64,000 nucleotides of DNA from Octopus vulgaris (lineage: Eukaryota): the NCBI GenBank assembly GCA_951406725.2, contig OX597820.1:56296001-56360000 (forward strand). Reading direction: 5' to 3'. A program made the translations under genes and the position numbers. Within the stretch, counting starts at the first letter, position 1, and the number at the start of each line of letters is the position of its first letter. Shown here one piece after another: positions 1 to 12,276 of this stretch. The notes beneath the pieces are model-generated. The model saw only the letters and a list, made by a program, of their open reading frames with translations, did not search any database and was not told the origin of the DNA.

Positions 1-138
1 TTTACAGGATTTAGAAAAACTGAAGGACTGCTGCAATAAGTGTGTGAATCTGAGAGGGGAATATGTTGAATAAAATCATAATTAACTGATCCTCCTGTAT
101 TTTCTTTTACCCAAAGCCAGGAACTTTTCATCCCCTCC
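1..138 (+). mobile_element. Mariner-derived MITE, right part (runs off the window start)
   Basis: Encodes a mariner C-terminal remnant (LEKLKDCCNKCVNLRGEYVE*) followed by a TIR-like end aggaacttttcatcccctc. Same family as the complete copy at 62377-62582. Confidence 0.7.
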
Positions 139-2214
139 CCCACCGATGTGTGTGTGTGCGCGCGTACACTCTCACATACACATTTATAATGAGTCTATTG
201 TTTATAGTGCTCACGTGTACACTACAACTCGTCAGAAAAGAGTGAACCAGTGCGTGAGGGTGCAGAAAGCAACAATGAATCGCGTAAAGAAAGAAATGAA
301 AGCCAAAAGTGCATGTATAATAATCATTCTGAATACTAATGCGTTTCAGAATGAAACACAACTCTGAGAGAAAAGTGAACTGCAGGAGCGCCCTAAATAA
401 AAGCGATGGATGGCAAGTTAGCAGAATCAGGGTGGTTGCATAACTTGTGAATGGGATATGTTATAGTATGCTTCACGAAAAATGTTAATAAATTCTTGCA
501 ACAAAACAGCTGCACACACACACACAAGACGGACCTGGGTAAGGCTTTGCCTTTCATCCTTTCGGGGTCGATAAATTAAGTACCAATTACGCACCGGGGT
601 CGATGTAATCGACTTAATCCCTTTGTCTGTCGTTGTTTGTCCCCTCTATGTTTAGCTCCTTGTGGGCAATGAAGAAATAAGATTCTGATATGGAAGGCAC
701 TATTTGGTAATGAAAACAAGCGTATGTTCTTGAGTGGAAGATATATGTAGCTCGCAAGGGAGGGTGTATGAAGCTGATTGGTTCAGAGAAGCAGAAGTCG
801 TTTTTGTTACGGGTAGAAGATACAGTGAGAAGAAGTGCTTCTGTTTGCTATCTTTGTAGCGTACTTTCACCTAATCACTTAAAAAAAAATATGCGTTACC
901 TATATTTCACTTAACTTAGCTGATTAGAGTTACTTCCCTTGTTTCTTTTAGATTTTTGAACAGTCGTTAGTGTTCGTCTACTAATTGGTTCTGATAATTT
1001 CAATCCCAGTTGTGATTATTCAATGAATAAGTTGGCATAAATTTCATCATCATCATCATCTTCATTGTCATCATTTAACATTCGTTTTCCATGCTGGCAT
1101 GTGTTGGATGGTTTGATGCGCTGGCCAACCAGAAAGCTTCCCAAGCTCCAAATTCTCTCTTTTGGCATGGTTTCTAGGGTTAGATATCCTTCCTCACGCC
1201 AACCACGTTACAGAGTCTGCTGAACCCACCCCATTTATATAGGATATACATTTTCTTATATATTGGATATAAATTTACTTATGTATATTGCTTAATATAA
1301 AATCATACACATACACATATACATTACACACACATACACACACACACACATCATCATCATCATCATCGTCGTCTCTAACATTACGCTCCAGGTATCCCTC
1401 ATCATTACCAAACTCATTAATATCTCTTTTGCTGCAGGAATTTATTCAACTTTATCGTGAAAATGTGTCCCATTTCCAAAATCGCATTGGTCTGGGAACA
1501 GGGCATGCAAGCACACCTAAAATTTTTGCCGATGCAAAATCATATTTTACACCTCTACTTAGTATTCACAGGTTTTAGAAAACTGTGCGCAAAAAGGTGA
1601 TCTTTAAAAAGCAGCTTGATATTAGGTTTCTTCTCAAAGAGCAAAAATAAATAAATAAATAAATAAATGAAACAATAAGATCTTGTTTGTAAAAAAATTT
1701 TGGACCTGAATTTGCACCTCCTAAGAAAATTTCGTTCCCGAACCAGTGCCAAATGTGCAACTTCTCTGGTCATGTTAACTAGCCTCCAATTCTTTTCATC
1801 CCCAACGTCTTTAAGTTCAGCGTAAAAAATCCCACTTTTTTCATCCCGTTAAGTATCTTTCTTTTTTTTTTTCTGGTGATGTGTTTCCTCGAGTCTACAG
1901 GAGTCTAAGTTCTTGGGAAGAAATTGAGAAAATGAGAAGTGGATTTTATGTGCATTAAATCAAGAGAATACTCGAGAAATTAGTGGAGATCGGTGTGTAG
2001 GAAAACTGATAGAAAAATAAATGGTTTGGGTAGCGATTGAGTTGTCGAGAAAGTCGAGAGAAATTACCACGCTAATAGTGAAACTAAATTCATTAACTGA
2101 CGCAAACAAAATGAAATTTTCTCTTGTAGGTGAAGTGATACCAATGTCGTTATCGATTAATCGAGTCGTATAATTCCCACATCAGTGACTAAAACTACAT
2201 ACTACGTCCTTTAA

Positions 2215-2529
2215 TTCATTTACCTTACCTCTTTCGTTTACCTTTCTTTTTTTTTTTCGTTTACCTTCTCTTTTTCGTTTACCTTCCTTTTTTTCATTTA
2301 CCTTCCCTTTTTCGTTTACCTTCCTTTTTTACGTTTACCTCCGCTTTTTCGTTTACCTTCCCTTTTTCGCTTACCTTCCTTTTTTTCATTTACCTTCCCT
2401 TTTTCGTTTACCTTCCTTTTTTTCGTTTACCTTCCTTTTTTCGTTTACCTTCCCTTTTTCGTTTACCTTCCTTTTTTTTCATTTACCTTCCCTTTTTCGT
2501 TTACCTTCCCTCTTTCGCTTACCTTCCCG
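2215..2529. repeat. Pyrimidine-rich minisatellite, ~19-21 bp unit (cgtttaccttcc(t)n)
   Basis: About 15 tandem copies visible directly. Confidence 0.95.
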
Positions 2530-3873
2530 TCTTACGTTTTATTTACATATAATGGTGGACAATAAGGTGAAAGGAAAATACCTGCCATACCATTATTTAC
2601 TGTTAAACTACTTCTTTATTTATTGAGTAAACAGATCGCATATGCCTTATTTTTGCGAAAATAACGCATAGTAAACTTTTGTTAGTTGAGAATAGATTCT
2701 TTGAACTTCCATACATGAATATTAACTTTTGATGAAATTCCATGTCCTTTCAAACGAGTTGTACATTTCATCTTTGGTATCTACGAAATGAAGACTATGA
2801 TTCACCGTCTCATGGTTCAGAAGCTGTTTTGTTTTCACTATGTTGTTCACCACTTTATACATATGTAATACGAAAGATCACCCCCGAACCTTTAAATTTC
2901 TACTCATTATATATAAATCCCATCATATAAAAGTTATAAATCTGAGTTTTCCTAGCACTGGGATTGATTAGTTTTCAGAGACAGCAGTGTCTATAAAATT
3001 TTAGAATACATAAGGCGAAGAGAGTTAAGCCCCTTGAAAAATCGTGGTTTGGCAGAATTGTTGGAACGTCGTACAAAATACTTTCAGTGTCTAGTTCGAA
3101 TTCGACCGAAGTTAATTTTGCCTTTCAGTCTTCAGGAATCAATATAATAAAATACCAACCAAGAACTGGAATCGATAAAATACTAATGAAGTGGTGGATT
3201 TGATATAACTTTCCTTTCATACTTAATATATGTAAATGAAATTAGAATGACATAGTAAAATCGGTTGTTGTTGTTGTTGTTTTTGTTGTTGTCGTTGTTG
3301 CTGCTGCTAGTGCCCAGGTTAGTTCTAACCAAACAGAGCTGTGATCTCTCTATTGCGTCTTCTGCTTATTTAAACCGGGATTAGTTTCGGCAGCAATTTC
3401 TAATAGGTCTAGTGATCATATAACAACCCTAACTTGTTGTCTATAGAAGATTCGCCATATGTCATGTTGAATTTCAGAGTCCAAGAAAAGTAAAAAAAAA
3501 ATACTGTCGTTGATTATATCGACTGTACTTCTTCAGTTTGTTGTCATATGTCTATGTATTTTTAAACGAAGCTAATCGAATTTAATATTCCAAGGAGGGT
3601 ACACATGAGCAGTTTCCTGTTTCCATCCACCGGTAGACATGAAACATGATAGTTTTTAAGAGAATAAAGAATAAGTTATGAAGATATTAACATATTGTTA
3701 CCATTATTGTTGTAGTTGCTTAGTTGTAAGTCAGCTCTGATTGGCCGGACCGATCTCTCTAGACCAGACTCATCTCTCTAGGTCAGACCTGAAAACTATA
3801 TTAAATATAATCTGTTTGGTTATATTTAAATGTATTTATTTTACACTAAATCATAGTAAATATTACTGATACC

Positions 3874-4410
3874 ACATACTGAATGTATGTGTTTTGTTTT
3901 TGGCACTTATTAGCTGTGGAATTACATCAGGGGAAAAGTCTCTTTAAGACACCAAGTGTTAAAAAACACTGAATACCTCAAACCAGGTGTGACAACTCAC
4001 TCAGTAGTTGAACGAGAATGATGGATATTAATATTTCACTGTTATTTCAGCTCTTCAACAGCATATACCCGAGTCACCTTGAAACACTGGAATTGCAAGT
4101 TTGAGAAATCTATACAAATAGTGTAGAGTATCTCTACTGATATGTAACAATACTGCGCAGTTAAAACAAAATTAAATTTTCAATTAAAAGCAGTTTTAAT
4201 AATGTAAACATTACCAATGTAACATACTGAATGTATGTGTTTTGTTTATACATTTATTAGCTGTGGGATTGAATCAGGAGCAAAGTCTCTCTAAGACACC
4301 AAAAGTGTTAAAAAACACGGAATTCCTCAAACAAGGGGTGACAACTCATCTTGAGGGTGAATAATATTGATATTTCACTGTTATTTCAGCTCTTCAGCAT
4401 CATATACCCC
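3874..4410. repeat. Diverged ~190-bp direct duplication (approx. 3874-4070 and 4223-4410)
   Basis: Both copies start acatactgaatgtatgtgttttgttt and end atatttcactgttatttcagctcttca. Confidence 0.85.
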
Positions 4411-5143
4411 TAATAAATAATATAAATAAATTATTTATAATTAAGACAAAAAAAGATGCAGATTTTTGATACCCTTTTATTTAATTTCCTTTAAAGTAGT
4501 GCCACAATAAATTTGATACTAGAAAAGTCCTCTGTAATGTTCCTTCTGTTGGCTCTCTAAACATGTGCTTATAGTGGATAATGGTTATTCTTGGTTTACT
4601 GCTGAGAATAATTTTACCTGATATCCTTCTTTGAGGTTGATAAAATAAAATACCAATCAGAGATTGTGTCAATTCAATTGATTATACTCAGTATCCACAA
4701 AATATGTGACTTTGTATCTATGTTAGATATCATTATCAGAGTCACAGATGAGGGCCATAAACTGTGGAAGCAAATACCTTGCAGCATTTAGATTCATTGT
4801 TCTATGTCCTCTCTTCAAATCTCACCAGCATCAGCTATTCATTTCATCCACTCTTTGCTCAATGAAATAAATACCACACATAAAGTATGGTCACTTCAAC
4901 TAACACTGTAACCCTATTACCACTGCCGCCGCCACTGCCACCGCCACTGCCACCACCACCACCACCACCACCACCACCACCACCACCACCAATGACAACA
5001 ACAATGAGGACAACAACAACAAAAAGTCTGAGTTCTTGTGCCAGTTTATGGGATGAGATTTTGAACTATAGAAGTGAGGAACATGGAGGTGATGGTTGGT
5101 TTGTGGTGTAAAGCTAAAATCTTATGAATCTTTTATCTTTTGG

Positions 5144-5485
5144 TGAAGGTGCATGGCTCAGTGGTTAGAGCATCGGGCTCACAATCATGAGGTAGTGAGT
5201 TCAATTTCTCAACCGGGCTGTATGTTGTGTTCTTGAGCAAGACACTTTATTTCATGTTGCTCCAGTTCATTCAGCTGTAGAAATGAGATGCGACGTCACA
5301 GGTGCCAAGCTGTATCGACCCCTTTACCTTTCCCTTGGACAACATCGGTGGCATGCAGAGTGAAGGCTGATATGCATGGGTGACTGCTGGTCCTCCATAA
5401 ACAACCCTACTTGGACTTATGTCTTGCAGGGGAACTTTCTAGGCTCAATCCCATGGTCATTCATGACCAGAGGGTCTTTACCCTT
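5144..5485 (+). mobile_element. tRNA-derived SINE, family C (related copies approx. 32187-32482 -, 40868-41172 +, 50680-50960 +, 62084-62335 +; tail only 35480-35678 -)
   Basis: A box tggctcagtgg and B box gagttcaatt, then the shared gtgttcttgagcaagacactttatttca block. 3' halves differ between copies. Confidence 0.8.
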
Positions 5486-5489
5486 TATC

Positions 5490-5715
5490 CTTTTATCTTT
5501 TATCTTTTACTTGCTTTAGTCATTAGACTGTGGCTATGCTGGGGCACTGCCTTGAGGAATTTCAGTCAAACTCATCAATCCTAGTACTTATTTTCTTTTA
5601 AAGCCTGGTACTTATTCTCTCATTCATTTTTGCTGAACCACTAAGTTACAGAGACATAAATATACCAGCACAGGTCGTCAAGCAGTGGTGGAGGACAAGC
5701 ACAGACACAAACACA

Positions 5716-5758
<43 letters not shown>

Positions 5759-5945
5759 ACACACACTCACACACATCACACACATGCGCAATGAGTTCTG
5801 TTCAGTTTCCTTCTCCCTAATCCATTCGCAAGGCTTTCGTTAGACTATACCAGAAGACACTTGCCCAAGGAGACATGCAGTGGAACTGAACCTGGAACCA
5901 AGTGGCTGGGAAGCAAACTTCTTACCACACAGTCACGCCTGCACC
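5490..5945 (-). mobile_element. tRNA-derived SINE family A (diverged copy)
   Basis: Reverse complement of the family A consensus, with internal (CA)n. Confidence 0.8.
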
Positions 5946-6640
5946 TAGTTGTGTTTTATTGTTTTTCTTTTATCACAGAATGAGCAGAAAGTACGCAAAT
6001 AGAAATTGTCTGTATCCTGAACTTGGCAATTAGCAACATACCTGGAGGAGAATCATTCTAAGCCTTTGCATTGAAATCTTTCAGAAAATGAATAAATAAA
6101 CAAACAACTATCACCATCACCATCAGCATCATCATCATTTTTACATCTACTCTTCCGTGTTGGTGTAGGTTTATGGACGGGGTTATTTTGAGGCAGTGTT
6201 TTAGAGCTGGGTGCCCTTCCTGGTGTCAACTCCTTTTAGCCGCTTCTTACAACATATAGGGATAGTGTAGCTACTCTAGAAACTAGGATACATACACATG
6301 CCATGCTCATGTATACACACACATAAACACACACACACACATGCATTTACACATTCACATACATGTACATACGTATAAATATAAATATGTGGAATTTACA
6401 TTTTTATTGAAGTGATATTAAGTCATCTGGAAAATGACTATAACTAATTACTAGTGTCTATCAATAATAACATTGATACGGTTGAAGACATAACAATCAT
6501 TGTTAACAGCTGTTTCGCTTTTACTTATTTCTGCTCCTTCTTAACAAACAAGCAATTAATATTATTAAATTAATTCCTCTATTTGTTTGAGATGTTTGTA
6601 TATGTGTAATGGAGTATGAATACATATATAAATGTTTATA

Positions 6641-6817
6641 GGTGAAGGAATGGCTCTATGGTAAGTAGCTTGCTTACGAACCACATGGTTCCGGATTTAG
6701 TCTCACTGTGTGGCACCTTGGGCAAGTGTCTTCTACTATAGCCTCAGACCAACCAAAGCCTTATGAGTGGATTTGGTAGATGGAAACTGAAAGAAGCCTG
6801 TCGTATATATATATATA

Positions 6818-6890
<73 letters not shown>

Positions 6891-7110
6891 GTTAGTGTGT
6901 CTGTGTTTGTCCCCCTAACATCACTTAACAACCGATGCTGGTGTGTTTACGTCCCTGTAACTTAACGGTTCGGCAAAAGAGACCAATAGAATAAGAATTA
7001 GGCTTACAAAGAATAAGTCCTGGGGTCGATTTGCTTGACTAAAGGCGGTGCTCCAGCATGGCTACAGTCAAATGACTGAAACAAGTAAAAGAGTAAAAGA
7101 CTAAAAGAGT
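6641..7110 (+). mobile_element. tRNA-derived SINE family A with internal (TA)n/(TG)n microsatellite and (gtaaaaga)n tail
   Basis: About 20 copies in the window, e.g. 17089-17510 +, 18670-19562 - (interrupted), 19804-20243 -, 21310-21815 +, 26090-26480 -, 27750-28157 -, 28195-28600 -, 34155-34488 +, 48598-48923 -, 50237-50560 +, 62622-63055 + (approximate ends). Confidence 0.9.
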
Positions 7111-7122
7111 ATATATACATAC

Positions 7123-7153
<31 letters not shown>

Positions 7154-8119
7154 CTACATATGTAGAAAATCAGTGTGTGTTTGTTTGTTGTATTGTTAGC
7201 TAGGTCTTCCTACATCGTTTTATTGAATTTGATGAAACTTGAAATGTGAGTAAAACTCATGTCTGGAAAACTCATACTTAGATGGTTGAAAAAATCAATA
7301 ATATGGCCCCTGGAAGGGACCGTTATATGTAACTCATATAACTAATTTTTTTAAACACTCAAGGGAAATAACCCATAGCACCTGTACAATATTTTTTTAA
7401 CACTCAAGAGAAATAACCCATTTTATTGTTTATGTCCAATTTCCAATTTTTGCTGACAATATCACTTTTATACTTCATTTGACATGTATAGAAATCTCAT
7501 GTCATACTTAGATTGGTGAAAAATATCGATAATAGGGCCCCTCCAATGGATCCTTCTATCTACTACATATTACTAATATTTTATTGAAACAACCCTAGGG
7601 AAATAACCGATACCACCTGCAGTTTTTAGTAAAGCAATCAATATTTGATTCTCATGATCAGCTGACCTAATTCTGCATTTCACTACTCACAGTTTTGAAC
7701 TGCTAAACATTATTATTGCACTTCCTTAATTTGAATCTTAAACATTAAAGGCTTCATTCATACATTTCTATACATACATACTTTTTAAACGGCCATTACT
7801 CCAATAATTCTGCATTTTTACTGTTACACTTTTTCCATTACAGTAAAATAAATTTTTTATTCCACAACATATTTGTTGTGGCTTCATGCAGGTATAGTGT
7901 GGATTCAATCCTCGATTATCAAATTTTACAGTGCTTTTCACATTTTCATTGTTCAAACTGTTTACAGCAGTGCACAGTACCTATCCATGGTATTAGTTTA
8001 CAGCTGAGCAGACTGAGACTCTTAAAATTTAAATGCCTTCGCACAAATTATCAAGTGCTATCAGAGCTACCACAAAGAAATTGTAATTATTATTCTGTCT
8101 TAATATTATTATTGTTATA

Positions 8120-10520
8120 ATGCGGTGAACTGGCAGAATTATTATCTTCTGGGAAAAATGCTTGGAGGGATTTCTTCCTACTTAATGTTCTGAGTTCAAA
8201 TGCCACCAGGGTTGACTTGGCCTTTCATCCTTTCAGAATCGATAAAATAAGTACCAGTTGAACATTGGTGTCATTGAAAATTGATTTATCCCTCCCTGAA
8301 GTTGCTGGCCTTGTGCTAAAATTTGAAACGAATATTATTATTGTTATAAGGTGGCCAGCCAGCAGAATCATTAGCAAGCCAGGCAAAATGCTTAGTGGTA
8401 TTTCATCTGTTTTTACATTCTGAGTGCAAATTCTGCCATGGTTAACATTGCCTTTCACCCTATTAGGGTCGACAGTATAAGTATCAGTTCAGCACTGGGT
8501 TCTTGCAATCATCTTACCCCTCACCGAAATTTACTGCCCTCATGCCAAAATTTGAAACCATTAGCATGCTGGGAAAGTACATACCAACATTTTGTCCGTC
8601 TTTACATTGAGTTCAAATTCCGCCATGGTTGGCTTTGCTTTTTGTAATTTTGAGAGTCAATAAAATAAATATCATTTGAGCACTGGGGCTGATGTAATTG
8701 ATGCACCCACTTCCTTCAAAATTTGAAACCAGTATTATTATTGTTATCAAGGCAGCAAGCTGGCAGAAACGTTAGCACACCAGGTGAAATGCTTAGCAGT
8801 ATTTCGTCTGTTTTTAAATTCTAAGTTCAAATTCCACCAAGGTCAACTTTGCCTTTCATCCTTTCGGGTTCAATAAATTAAGTACTAGTCAAGTACTAGG
8901 GTCGATTTAATCAACTGGCCCCCCTCCCAAAAATTTCAGGCCTTGTGCCTTGAGTAGAAAAAAATATTATTGTTATTGCTGAAATTATGGTGGCAAGCTG
9001 TCAGCATCATTGGCATATTAAACAAGATGTTTAGCGGCATTTTTTCTGGTTCCTTATCTTTTTAGTTCAAATGCTGCTGAGATCAACTTTGCCTTTTGAG
9101 ATTTATAAAAATAATATGTACCAGTTGAATACTGGGGTTGATGTAACCAACTAAATCCCACCCTCTAAAATTGCTCACCTTATACCAAAATTTAAAGCTA
9201 TAAGACAGTGAACGGGCAGAATAATTACCATGCCAAACAAAATTCTTAGTAGCATTTCTTTTGTCTCTGGCACTTGTGCCAAGGGAACGTGAAAAAAGAC
9301 ATTCAAGTGAGATCGTTGCCAGTGCCACTGGACTGGCTCCTGTGCAGGTGGCATGTAAAAAACACCATTTGAGCGTGGCTGTTGCCAGTACTGCCTGACT
9401 GGCCCTCATGCTGGTGGCAATTAAAAGCATCCACTACACTCTCGGAGTGGTTGGCTTTAGGAAGGGCATCCAGCTGTAGAAACTCTGCCAGATCAGATTG
9501 GAGCCTGGCGCGGCCATCTGGTTCGTCATTCCTCAGTCAAATCGTCCATCCTATGCTAGCATGAAATGCAGATGTTAAACGATGATGACTTTCTGAACTC
9601 AAATGCCACTGAGGTCAACTTTGCCTTTTATTCTCTTGGAGGTCAATAAAATAATAAGTACTAGTTGAACACTGGAGTCAATTTAATCAACTTTGCCTTC
9701 CACACTAACAAAAGTTTCTAGCTTTGTACTAAAATTAGAAAAAACAATGTTATTACTGGAGTAATATAAAAACTGTATGAAGGCAGTGAGCTGGCAGAAA
9801 TGTTAGCATGCCGGGTGGAATGCTTTGTGGTATTTAATCCACAGCTGCATGCTGAGTTCAAATTCTGCCGAGGTCGACTTTGCTTTTTATCCTTACGGAG
9901 TCGATAAATTAAGTACCAGTTATGCACTGGGGTCGATGTAATCAACTTAATCGTTTGTCTGTCCTTGTTTGTCCCCTCTATGTTTAGCCCCTTGAGGGCA
10001 ATAAAGAAATAAGAAATGTTAGCATGCTGCTGAAGTTATCCAGACCTGATGCAAAAAGAATAAAAAAGAAAAAAATAAGGCGGCGAGCTGGCAGAAACGT
10101 TAGCACGCCGGGCGAAATGTTTAGCGGTATTTCATCTGCTGCTACGTTCTGAGTTCAAATTCCGCCGAGGTCGACTTTGCCTTTCATCCTTTTGGGGTCG
10201 ATTAAATAAGCACCAGTTACACACTGGGGTCGATATAATCGACTTAATCCATTTGTCTGTCCTTGTTTCTCTCCTCTGTGTTTAGACCGTTGTGGGCGAT
10301 AAAGAAATAAGAAATGTTAGCATGTCGGGTGAAATGCTTAGCAGTATTCCGTCTGTCTTTATGTTCTGAGTTCAAACTCCACCGAGGTCGACTTTGCCTT
10401 TCATCCTTTCAAGGTTAATAAATTAAGTACAAGTTGTATATTTGGATCGATCTGATTGGCAGCCCCCCCCCCACCTTCCTCAAAATTTCAGGCCTTGTGC
10501 CTAGAGTAGAAAAGAAAAGA
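8120..10520 (+). mobile_element. Head-to-tail cluster of ~9-10 family B SINEs (Nin/Deu-domain-like core), interrupted by an RTE-tail-like repeat at approx. 9268-9590
   Basis: Repeated ggcggcgagctggcagaa...gagttcaaattccgccgaggtcgactttgcctttcatcctttcggggtcgataaa unit, often separated by (att)n. Other copies at approx. 545-680, 11196-11390, 18927-19143 -, 19590-19800 -, 37992-38145, 53629-53788. Confidence 0.85.
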
Positions 10521-11430
10521 ATGTAAAAACTGTATGATGATATAAAAATCCCAGTCTCGTCAAAATGTACTGTGCTGATTTTACCTGAAAATTACATAAA
10601 GAGCACTTACAGTACAAGTGTCTTCAGAGTACTTGGTAACATTATAATTCAATGAAGAGATAGTTCTGCTTACTGAACAAGAACACTTAGGACTGGATTT
10701 AAGAACTTGTAACCATCCCCGACACCTACAAATACTGTCGGGATCCTATTTATATTTTCCATTGCTTTTCACTTAATCTCTAGAGGTCTTCAGTTGGTGA
10801 AGGACCCTGGGGAGGGTAATCCCTAAAGCTCATGTCTAAATCTGGCACTGAGAACATTCAAACATCCAAAATACTGCAACAGTTTATCACACACACATAC
10901 ACACACACACACACATATAAACACACACTGAAAGCGATCCCGTGTTGCAATTCATATTATAATTCTAGATTTAATTAGCTGATTGAAATGTAATTTGAAA
11001 TAATAATTACAAAATTCAGTGGTATTTAAAATTTTACTACACCCTGTATATATATCATCATCATCATCATTGTCCATTGTCCAATTTTTTGCTCTCCTTC
11101 ATGACAGAATGAAACTTCTTGCACTTCTTGTGATTTTCAATGAATTTTATTATTATCATTGTTGTTGTTGTTATTATTATTATTATTATTATTAAGTTGG
11201 TGAGCTGTCAGAAACGTTAGCCTGCTGGGCAAAATACTTAGTGGAATTTGAACTCAAATTCCACCGAGGTCAACTTTGCCTTTCATCCTTTTGGAGTCGA
11301 TAAATTAAGTACCAGTTGCATACTGGAGTCGATCTAATCGACTGGCCTCTCTCCTCCAAAATTCCTGGCCTTGTGCCTAGAGTAGAAAAGATTATTACTA
11401 TTATTATTATTACTATTATTATTATTATAC

Positions 11431-11510
<80 letters not shown>

Positions 11511-11544
11511 TGAATGGAAGAAATGGAGTTGAACGAAGATTGTA

Positions 11545-11657
11545 CACAATTCCTTTTATTACATTCTACACATGTTTCAAAGGCCACAATTTTCCAAATT
11601 CTGATTAAATAAGGATACCATATTGCAGCTTTCTCTTCAGGAAAAACCAGGAATTAC
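11545..11657 (-). ncRNA. Type I hammerhead ribozyme in the 3' pseudo-LTR
   Basis: Minus strand: ttc-CTGAAGA-stem II (gaaagctgcaat...attgtggccttt)-GAAA-c atgt g-TA-gaa. Distal stem I aattcct/aggaatt; palindromic acatgt in stem III; predicted cut after GUA at 11567. Confidence 0.8.
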
Positions 11658-12276
11658 GTTGTCAGAACAAAACAAAACAGAGGCGCAGCAAAGCAATTCG
11701 AACGAGGACGCTCCTTGAGAGCCCATGGATAAACTGTTTATCAGTGTACGTTGAAATCGGGGGGGGGGGTTGGTGGGGGCCGACAAAAGGTCCGTTGGAA
11801 TACTTACAGGTCAGGCCGCGGTCAAATCTAGTAGGTGAGGAATTACTGAGAACAAGGGGTGTGGAGATGTTCTGTGTGACCAAAACTAATGTTCTGAATA
11901 TTTAAAGAATACTGGGTGTATTTTCTAGGGGCGAGACAAAACCTACCTAAAAGCATGTATGTGTATACTAGCCTATGTGAGCGCCCTCGTATGTTGGCGA
12001 GGGGCGCTAGATAATAATCACTGCTGAAAAAAGCCTGTCAGGCGGCTGAAAAAATTATGTGTTCGTGTGTTCGTCTGTGGCCTGCTTGTCTAAAAATTAA
12101 CATCGTCAAAGAATCATAAGGGTATATAATTCCAGCGTTTGCTTATAAAAAAACAAAAAACCGACCAATTGCCTAAGGGGAGTAATTTCCCCTTGCAAGA
12201 GTTATTCAGAGATTTTAAAAAAAAGTTTTTTCAAAAATTATTTTCATTTTAATAGGGTAACAAGGTGTTAATTGTC

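Noticed and set aside
1438-1578. Possible terminal exon EFIQLYRENVSHFQNRIGLGTGHASTPKIFADAKSYFTPLLSIHRF
   Set aside because: Good acceptor but no recognisable homology or partner exon; cannot be supported.
2215-2529. CRISPR-like regular repeats
   Set aside because: No unique spacers, only T-run length variation; eukaryotic context and no cas genes.
4887-5111. Poly-Pro ORF (formin/extensin-like look)
   Set aside because: Just a (CCA/CCG)n + (ACA)n microsatellite; no domain or splice context.
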